64,000 bases of DNA from Bacteroidaceae bacterium (lineage in GTDB: Bacteria > Bacillota_I > Bacilli_A > Erysipelotrichales > Erysipelotrichaceae), in NCBI GenBank assembly GCA_963596085.1, contig CAVBLW010000037.1, positions 20,961 through 84,960 of the forward strand, written 5' to 3'. The notes under the pieces are model-generated. The model saw only the letters and a list, made by a program, of their open reading frames with translations, was not told the DNA's origin and searched no databases. The number at the start of each line of letters is the position of its first letter. The stretch's first letter is position 1. Both the position numbers and the translations under genes were made by a program. Below, in pieces: positions 18,330-24,975 of this stretch.

Positions 18330-18366
18330 GAGCTCATTGATTAAATCAATATGAGCTCCTTTTTTC
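18330..18366 (+). terminator. intrinsic terminator overlapping the 3' end of the convergent gene
   Basis: GAGCTCAT...ATGAGCTC stem followed by CTTTTTT. Confidence 0.55.
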
Positions 18367-19644
18367 TTGGATTTCTTTTTGTCTTTTTTGAATATAAGAT
18401 ATTCTTTTATACATACTTGGATGATCATAGTCTAACAATTCGATGAGTGGATGTGGGTTGACATCGATGAGTTCATCACTTGATATTTTTGTAAATGTAT
18501 CGATGAGAGCTTGTCCATATCCATGATCTACGGCATTATAATCTGCTTCTTTTTCTTCTCTACAAGAGACAAAGTTTTTGTAGAGTGTAAAAAGAAAATT
18601 TAAAGGAAGATAGACATAAGAAAAAATAGTGAAACTAAGGATATAATTGGTATATTTTAGACCAAAACTTTCATTGATAAAATGATTCAATTGAATGATA
18701 GAATGAGCGTTTGGAATCAGATAAACTAAAACAATAAAGAAGAATAAACTGAATAAATAGTTTAAATAATTAAAAATATTCTTTTTATGCTTTAAATGCC
18801 CAATTTCATGAAGTAAGACAGCTAAGAGTTCATCATGACTATTTTCATCTAAAAAATTATCAGCTATACCAAACATACGATAACCTAGAAATTTAAGAAG
18901 AAAGGCATTCTTGCTGTTGGATTTTTTTGACTCATTATAAATTTTGATATGACGAATCTTTTTCTTTGATTCTTTACTAAATGCTTCAATTTGATTTTTT
19001 AATTCACAATCTTCCATTTCCGTAAAGGTATATTGTAGTTTCATAAAAACAAGAGACAATAAGGAAAGAAGCAATGCAATGAAAACAATAACGATAAATA
19101 TAATCAAACAAATTAAAAAGGATTGCTGATAAGTGATTTTAAAATGATTTGTCCAAGTGCTTAAATTTGTACATAGAAAAATTAAGAATCCGATTAGAAT
19201 AATCATTGTAATCGTTTCAAAAACAAAATGAAGTATGTAATCTTTTAGCCATTCTTTTTTAGTTTTTTTGTTTAAATGATAGCTTTCTTCAATATAAAAA
19301 GTTTCATAGTAATCGAGAGGCAAATCAACAATTTCATTGATCAATTCCATCACAAAATAAGTAAAGGCTGCACAAAGATATGGATTTTTTAAATCAAAAA
19401 GTTGATAAAAATTACTAAGCACAAAAATCATATTCAGGATTAAACCGAATAAAGAAAGAAAAAAATTAATTCTTCGATATTCCTTTCGATAGGATAAAAA
19501 CTCTTTGTAGCGTTCTTCTGTATAGATATGTTTGACTTCTTCTGGTAATGGCTTTGCTCTTTGTTTCCATATAAGATGGGTTTCAAATTGATCGAAGAGC
19601 CAACGGTAAAGCGCAAGACCGACAAGGATGAATTTTAAGTACAT
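18346..19644 (-). CDS. M48-family (Ste24/HtpX-like) integral membrane zinc metallopeptidase
   Basis: HExxH motif LLHEIGHLKH between TM segments. CAAX-protease-like N-terminal region. Confidence 0.8.
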   Translation of the reverse strand: MYLKFILVGLALYRWLFDQFETHLIWKQRAKPLPEEVKHIYTEERYKEFLSYRKEYRRINFFLSLFGLILNMIFVLSNFYQLFDLKNPYLCAAFTYFVMELINEIVDLPLDYYETFYIEESYHLNKKTKKEWLKDYILHFVFETITMIILIGFLIFLCTNLSTWTNHFKITYQQSFLICLIIFIVIVFIALLLSLLSLVFMKLQYTFTEMEDCELKNQIEAFSKESKKKIRHIKIYNESKKSNSKNAFLLKFLGYRMFGIADNFLDENSHDELLAVLLHEIGHLKHKKNIFNYLNYLFSLFFFIVLVYLIPNAHSIIQLNHFINESFGLKYTNYILSFTIFSYVYLPLNFLFTLYKNFVSCREEKEADYNAVDHGYGQALIDTFTKISSDELIDVNPHPLIELLDYDHPSMYKRISYIQKRQKEIQEKRSSY

Positions 19645-19773
19645 TGTTTATTTCCTTTCATGTGATTTCATTATATATTCTAGAAACATAAAGGTAAAAT
19701 TTAGATTTTTGTTTCGTTTTATTTTCTTGATGGTATCGCTTACATATCGATTGGTGCATTCGATAAAAGATGA

Positions 19774-19801
19774 TTGACTTATTCAATTGAATTGGTATAA
19801 T
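19774..19801 (+). promoter_or_regulatory. sigma-A-type promoter with a palindrome in the spacer
   Basis: TTGACT-N16-TGgTATAAT. The spacer holds the perfect 12-bp palindrome ATTCAATTGAAT (19781-19792). Confidence 0.55.
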
Positions 19802-19877
19802 GTTCTGCGGTGTAAAAAACGAAAGATATAATATTGATAGGTCAAAGGAAATGTTTGATCTTCAAAAGGAGAGTAAA

Positions 19878-21245
19878 ATGTACGATGTTTGTATTGTAGG
19901 AGCAGGTCCTGGAGGTATATTTTCAGCCTATGAGCTGTTAAAAAATAAACCCAATTTAAAAATTGTAGTATTCGAAGCAGGTGCTCCTTTGCATCAAAGA
20001 AAATGTCCGATTGATGGCGTTAAAGTAAAATCTTGTGTCCATTGTAAAAGTTGTGCCATTATGAATGGTTTTGGTGGTGCGGGTGCTTTTAGTGATGGAA
20101 AGTATAATATCACCAATGAATTTGGTGGAAATTTATATGAATATGTAGGTCAAAATCAAGCAATCGAATTAATGGAATATGTCGATGAAATTAATTGTCA
20201 GATGGGTGGAGCCAAAACGCGTTTATTTGCGAATTCGGATTCAGCAATCGCAAAAAAATGTCTACAAAATGATTTACATCTTTTAAAAGCCAAAGTACGT
20301 CACTTAGGAACCGATGTAAATTATATTGTTTTAGAGAATTTATATCAAAACTTAAAAGACAAAGTGGATTTTCATTTCTATGCGCATGTTGATTCCATTG
20401 AAAAAAGTGAAAACGGCTATCTGATTCAATGTAAAGAAGAACAATTTGAAGCCAAAAAATGTATTGTTTCAACCGGTCGTTCAGGAAGTAAATGGATGGA
20501 GAGCATTTGTTCAAATTTAGGTATTGAAACCAAAAGTGATCGCGTTGATATAGGGGTTCGTGTGGAATTAAATGCCGATACATTTAGTGAATTGACGGAT
20601 TCTTTATATGAATCAAAAATTGTCTATCGTTCGAAAAAGTATCAAGATCGTGTTCGTACCTTCTGTATGAATCCAAAAGGGGTTGTCGTTAATGAAAATA
20701 CCAATGGAATCATTACAGTAAACGGTCATAGCTATGAAGATCCAGCTCGTTTTACTGAAAATACAAATTTTGCTTTATTGGTATCGAATCATTTTACGGA
20801 ACCATTTTCTCAAAGTAATCAATATGGTGAAAGTATTGCTCGCTTATCTAATATGCTTGGCGGCGGTGTTATTGTACAACGCTTTGGTGATTTAATTCGT
20901 GGACAAAGATCGACACCAAGTCGAATTGCTCAAGGCTTTGTTACGCCAACCTTAAAGGCGACTCCAGGGGATTTGTCTTTGGTTATTCCAAAGCGTCAAT
21001 TGGATGACATTATTGAAATGATTTATGCTCTAGATAAAGTTTGTCCATCAACCGCAAGTGATGATACTTTGTTATATGGAGTTGAAGTAAAATTCTATAA
21101 TATGCAAGTTGAAGTGGATAAGCATTTAGAAACAAAACATAAAGGACTCTATGTGATTGGTGATTGTAGTGGTGTAACCCACTCTTTGAGTCATGCATCG
21201 GCATCGGGCGTTTATGTTGCTCGAGAAATATGTAAAACCGTGTAA
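19878..21245 (+). CDS. NAD(P)/FAD-dependent oxidoreductase (COG2509-like)
   Basis: Dinucleotide-binding motif YDVCIVGAGPGG at the refined N-terminus (AGGAG 7 nt upstream), C-terminal YVIGDCSG motif. The track start at 19800 adds 26 residues. Confidence 0.8.
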   Translation: MYDVCIVGAGPGGIFSAYELLKNKPNLKIVVFEAGAPLHQRKCPIDGVKVKSCVHCKSCAIMNGFGGAGAFSDGKYNITNEFGGNLYEYVGQNQAIELMEYVDEINCQMGGAKTRLFANSDSAIAKKCLQNDLHLLKAKVRHLGTDVNYIVLENLYQNLKDKVDFHFYAHVDSIEKSENGYLIQCKEEQFEAKKCIVSTGRSGSKWMESICSNLGIETKSDRVDIGVRVELNADTFSELTDSLYESKIVYRSKKYQDRVRTFCMNPKGVVVNENTNGIITVNGHSYEDPARFTENTNFALLVSNHFTEPFSQSNQYGESIARLSNMLGGGVIVQRFGDLIRGQRSTPSRIAQGFVTPTLKATPGDLSLVIPKRQLDDIIEMIYALDKVCPSTASDDTLLYGVEVKFYNMQVEVDKHLETKHKGLYVIGDCSGVTHSLSHASASGVYVAREICKTV

Positions 21246-21263
21246 CAAGTACACGGTTTTTTT
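21237..21263 (+). terminator. intrinsic terminator
   Basis: ACCGTGT-aacaagt-ACACGGT followed by TTTTTT, overlapping the stop codon. Confidence 0.75.
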
Positions 21264-21267
21264 ATCT

Positions 21268-22551
21268 TTATTTTTGAAGCAAGGCTTGAATGCAATTTTT
21301 AATATAGTCAAAACCTAGATCTGTATTGATTGTTAAATCAAAATTCTGTGCATTGCCCCAAAATTGACGCGTATAGTAATGATAGTTATCCGAACGTAAT
21401 TTATCTTCACGATGAATTTTATGTTGTGCTTCTTTTGCCGAGATATTTAAACGTTTCATAACCCGTTGAATACGACTTTCAAGTGGTGCTGAAAAGAAGA
21501 GCTTTAAAACATTGGGGTTTTCTTTTAAGACATAATCCGCACATCGACCAATGATGATACAGTTTCCTTTCTTAGCTAGTTCTTTAATTACTTCAGATTC
21601 TGCTTCGAAAAGATAATCTTTTGGGGCTTCTTCCTCTTTGTTTCCATATTGATACATTTGATTGATTAAATCATAGAGAAGTCCATTGCTCATTGCTTCT
21701 TCACTTTTTTTGATGAATTCAGGCGTAAGATTTGTAGTGCCAGCAACCATTTCAATAATTTCTTGGTCATAGAATGCATAGCCAAATTCTTTAGCTAGTT
21801 TTTTTCCAATATCATGACCGCCCGATCCATATTGACGTCCAATCACAATAACAGGGCTTTGTGGATTGCTTGCAAAGGAAGGATTTTCCAATTCTTCTTT
21901 GTTTTCCTCTTTGAAAAGATAAGGCTTAATAAAGGCAAGATTTTTTCCAAAAAGACGAGCAATAAAGCCAACCAATAAAGCGGCGACGATTGTTCCTTCA
22001 CGAACCCCGTTTAATCGATGAAAGAATAAAAATGAAAGAAGACCTGAAATGATTGTCATTGAAGAGTCAAATACAATTTTACTTGTTCCAAAATTGCTAT
22101 GGAGTTTGTGTACGACAGCTCGTACAAATGATTCTCCAGGAAGCATGACAACATCAGCTAATACTTCAAGATAAACACCAAATCCTAAGATGATACATCC
22201 AATCAATAAAGCTATGAATTGAATCAAATATTGTGTAGGATTGACCCAATAAAACATCATCATGGTTAAATCTATAAAATAACCAAAGGCAATAGAGACT
22301 GGAATTTGTAAAATATGTTCAAACTTAAAGTCTTTTCTTAAGATTAAAATTTGTAGAAAAATGAGTAAAAGACTAAACAATATTGTGAAATTTCCTAAAG
22401 ATAAAGGGAATTGTAAACTAAGCACATAAGGAATTGATGAAATTGGTGAGGTTCCTAGATTCGCTTTTGTTACTAAACTAACACCTAAGGCATTAATAAA
22501 TAAACCAATTAAAAAGATAATATAACGTTTCATTTTATTCATAGTCTTCAT
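21268..22551 (-). CDS. fusion protein: YczE/DUF6198-like membrane domain + cytidylate-kinase-like (Cytidylate_kin2) P-loop domain
   Basis: N-terminus IIFLIGLFINALGVSLVTKANLGTSPISSIPYVLS with about 6 TM segments. C-terminus VIVIGRQYGSGGHDIGKKLAKEFGYAFYDQEIIE is characteristic of the cytidylate kinase-like family. Start overlaps the marR stop by 17 nt. Confidence 0.65.
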   Translation of the reverse strand: MKTMNKMKRYIIFLIGLFINALGVSLVTKANLGTSPISSIPYVLSLQFPLSLGNFTILFSLLLIFLQILILRKDFKFEHILQIPVSIAFGYFIDLTMMMFYWVNPTQYLIQFIALLIGCIILGFGVYLEVLADVVMLPGESFVRAVVHKLHSNFGTSKIVFDSSMTIISGLLSFLFFHRLNGVREGTIVAALLVGFIARLFGKNLAFIKPYLFKEENKEELENPSFASNPQSPVIVIGRQYGSGGHDIGKKLAKEFGYAFYDQEIIEMVAGTTNLTPEFIKKSEEAMSNGLLYDLINQMYQYGNKEEEAPKDYLFEAESEVIKELAKKGNCIIIGRCADYVLKENPNVLKLFFSAPLESRIQRVMKRLNISAKEAQHKIHREDKLRSDNYHYYTRQFWGNAQNFDLTINTDLGFDYIKNCIQALLQK

Positions 22552-22987
22552 TTCCTTTCTTGTTTTGGATTTGTTCTTTTAAATTTTCATACATTTTAAT
22601 CGAGATGGATAAAAATGTTTGGCGTTCTTCTTCGCTTACATTTTTTAAGGCAATCTTTTCGATGGATTGAAAAGATTGTTGAACCAAAATTTGTTGCTGA
22701 AAACCCTTTTCGGTCAAAAAGATATGAAAACTTCGTCGATTTCCATTTAAAATTTTACGTTTGACCAAGTCTTTTTCTTCCATTTTATTAAGAATCGAAG
22801 TTAAAGAACCAGCCTCTAAAAAACATGCTTGTGCAATTTCTTTTTGATTGCTGCCATTGTGATCTTTTAAGTAATCAAGAATTTTTGGTTGACCACTGGT
22901 AAGAGAAGAGCCTTTTAGTTCTTCCATTAATGATTTTTGAACTAACATTTGATTAGCCATAATCAAATAATGTAAAGATTCATCCAT
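22535..22987 (-). CDS. MarR family transcriptional regulator
   Basis: Winged-helix pattern (LTSGQPKILDYL...QKEIAQACFLEAGSLTSILNKMEEKDLVKRK), about 150 aa. Confidence 0.9.
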   Translation of the reverse strand: MDESLHYLIMANQMLVQKSLMEELKGSSLTSGQPKILDYLKDHNGSNQKEIAQACFLEAGSLTSILNKMEEKDLVKRKILNGNRRSFHIFLTEKGFQQQILVQQSFQSIEKIALKNVSEEERQTFLSISIKMYENLKEQIQNKKGNEDYE

Positions 22988-23001
22988 TAAAGTAAAAACC
23001 T

Positions 23002-23058
23002 CCTTAATAGTTATAAATCAAACAGTTTGAATTATAACTATTAAGGTGACGATGTCAA
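23002..23058 (-). promoter_or_regulatory. marR-operon promoter (consensus -35/-10) embedded in a 45-bp near-perfect palindrome (candidate MarR operator)
   Basis: Minus strand reads TTGACA (23058-23053), N16, TATAAT (23036-23031). The palindrome 23002-23046 has 22-nt arms with 21/22 complementary, centred at 23024. One arm ends inside the AAGGAGG SD. Confidence 0.65.
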
Positions 23059-23280
23059 GTTTGTTTCATTTTTCAAAATATTGAAGAACAAAAAGAATTA
23101 GATGGATTAGATTATTCGAAAAATACGGATGTTTTGTTATTGAGTGTGCTTAAAAGTATATAGGACGTTGTTTTTACTGTAATGAAAAGAAATTTGTGAT
23201 ACAAATAGTATTTTGAAAGTATTACGACAATACGTAATGCATATACAGTATTAAATTAAAGTGGTCGTGTAAAAACGAAA

Positions 23281-23390
23281 CCAGAGGGCGCTGTGAACGT
23301 CCATGTTGGAAGGAGCCATAATGACACTCGAGCATTGTGGTTCCGGATAACAGAAACCCTCGTCTGACTTGCATCAGCGGGTCAGTCGGG
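23281..23390. other. G+C-rich island of unknown nature (candidate structured RNA or relic of foreign/mobile DNA)
   Basis: About 55% G+C by hand count vs clearly AT-rich flanks. Several mutually compatible and competing stems (GGGCG/CGUCC; GAGCCAUAAUG/CAUUGUGGUUC; CUGAC/GUCAG). No convincing ORF. Confidence 0.3.
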
Positions 23391-23567
23391 GTAATTCATA
23401 ATCTTTTGGATGAAATCAAGCTAGAGTCCGATCAGAAAACCTATATTCTGGTGGCACACAATGGAATAGCACGTATGGTGCAGTCGTATTTTCAAGATAT
23501 GACCAATGAAGAATTTGCGTCATTTGGCGTAAAAAATTGCCAAGTGCTCCGATATGATTTTGAGTAG
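23337..23567 (+). pseudogene. 5'-truncated histidine phosphatase (phosphoglycerate-mutase-like) family remnant
   Basis: Only the C-terminal about 55 residues look homologous (NLLDEIK...YILVAHNGIARMVQSYF...NCQVLRYDF). The N-terminal RHG catalytic motif is absent. The track start is a GTG inside the G+C-rich island. Confidence 0.55.
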
Positions 23568-23620
23568 ATATACATAGCGTGTTGTATGATATATTTAAAA
23601 ATGGTAGGAAGGAAAATAAG

Positions 23621-24058
23621 ATGAAAAAAATACTATTTTTATGCCACGGCAATATTTGTCGAAGTCCAATGGCTGAATTTATTATGAAAGACTTATGCCG
23701 AAAAGAAGATATTTATATGGAAATTGATTCGATGGCATTAACATATGAAGAAATTGGCAATGATATGTATCCACCCGCTAAAAGAAAATTGACGGAAAAG
23801 GGCATTCCATTTGAAAGAAGACAAGCACAAATTATGGAACGTTCGGACTATTTTGATTATGATCATATCTATTATATGGATGCAGAAAATAAAAGAGATT
23901 TAGGCTATATTGTAGGGGAAGATATTGATCATAAAATTCAACGCTTATTACCAGATCGTGATGTAGCAGATCCTTGGTGGACTGGTGATTTTGAAACGAC
24001 ATTTCAAGATCTTTTAGAAGGTTGTCAATATCGATTAAAGGAGATTTTACATGATTAA
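23621..24058 (+). CDS. low-molecular-weight protein-tyrosine phosphatase
   Basis: Active-site loop ILFLCHGNICRSPMAE (CX5R-S) at the N-terminus, DP loop near the C-terminus. AGGAAGG upstream of ATG 23621. Confidence 0.85.
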   Translation: MKKILFLCHGNICRSPMAEFIMKDLCRKEDIYMEIDSMALTYEEIGNDMYPPAKRKLTEKGIPFERRQAQIMERSDYFDYDHIYYMDAENKRDLGYIVGEDIDHKIQRLLPDRDVADPWWTGDFETTFQDLLEGCQYRLKEILHD

Positions 24059-24875
24059 ACAAAATATACATACACATAGTACGTATGCGGATGGAATTAA
24101 TTCAATTGAAGAAATGATTCAAAAAGCAATTGAAAAACATTTTACCGTTTTAGGCTTTAGTGAACATGCTTATGTGCCTTTTGATGATTGTTGCATGAGT
24201 CAAGAAAGTACGGAAGAATACATTCAGGAAGTAAAAACTTTAAAAGAAAAATATAAAGATCAAATTCAAATTTATTTGGGATTAGAACAAGATGCCGGTT
24301 ATCGTGACCCGCATCCTGAAGTTTATGATTATCGAATTGGATCTGCCCATTATTTACATCATAATGGAGAATACATTTCGGTTGATTATGATTGCCCAAC
24401 CGCTTTGAAATTGATTCATGAATGGTATGAAGACGATTTTTTAGCTTATGCGAAGGCTTATTATGATGGGCTCATGCAAATGAAAGATTGGCAAGAAGTA
24501 GATATTATTGCGCATTTGGATTTACTAATGAAATACAATGAAGATGAATCCTTTTATTCTTTTACCGATTCACGGTATATTAACTTAGCTTGTGATTGTA
24601 TTGATGCTTTGTCGCATAAAATATTTGAAGTTAATACCGGTGCAATTGCACGTGGTTATCGTAAAACACCTTATCCAGAAAAACATTTGCTTCAATATAT
24701 GAAAGAAAAAAATATTCAAATTTGTTTAAATAGCGATTGTCATAATGCGGATTATTTAGATTGTGCCTTTCTACAATCAAAAGAATTAATTCAAAGTGTT
24801 GGATATAAACAATTGGTCACATTAACAGCAAATGGATTTGAAGAAAGAGACATTGAAGAATTTAAATTCGACTAG
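24051..24875 (+). CDS. HisJ-family histidinol-phosphatase (PHP domain)
   Basis: N-terminal IHTHSTYADG PHP metal-binding motif, about 270 aa. 8-nt overlap with the upstream phosphatase gene. Confidence 0.75.
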   Translation: MIKQNIHTHSTYADGINSIEEMIQKAIEKHFTVLGFSEHAYVPFDDCCMSQESTEEYIQEVKTLKEKYKDQIQIYLGLEQDAGYRDPHPEVYDYRIGSAHYLHHNGEYISVDYDCPTALKLIHEWYEDDFLAYAKAYYDGLMQMKDWQEVDIIAHLDLLMKYNEDESFYSFTDSRYINLACDCIDALSHKIFEVNTGAIARGYRKTPYPEKHLLQYMKEKNIQICLNSDCHNADYLDCAFLQSKELIQSVGYKQLVTLTANGFEERDIEEFKFD

Positions 24876-24906
24876 CAGGAAAAACTTCCTGCTTTTCTTT
24901 TTTGGC
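24874..24906 (+). terminator. intrinsic terminator
   Basis: AGCAGGAA-aaac-TTCCTGCT followed by TTTCTTTTTT. Confidence 0.75.
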
Positions 24907-24975
24907 TCTACTTGTTAAAATATAGTGAATTTGCCAAATTTAGAGTATAATGATTAGATATGCGGAGGTTCATAT

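Noticed and set aside
23281-23400. Calling the G+C-rich island an intact group II intron or other mobile element.
   Set aside because: Only a GAGCC...GGUUC helix is reminiscent of domain V. The upper helix, bulge and GNRA loop do not fit, and there is no domain I-IV length of sequence. No reverse transcriptase or maturase ORF occurs anywhere nearby. It is kept only as one speculative explanation in a finding.
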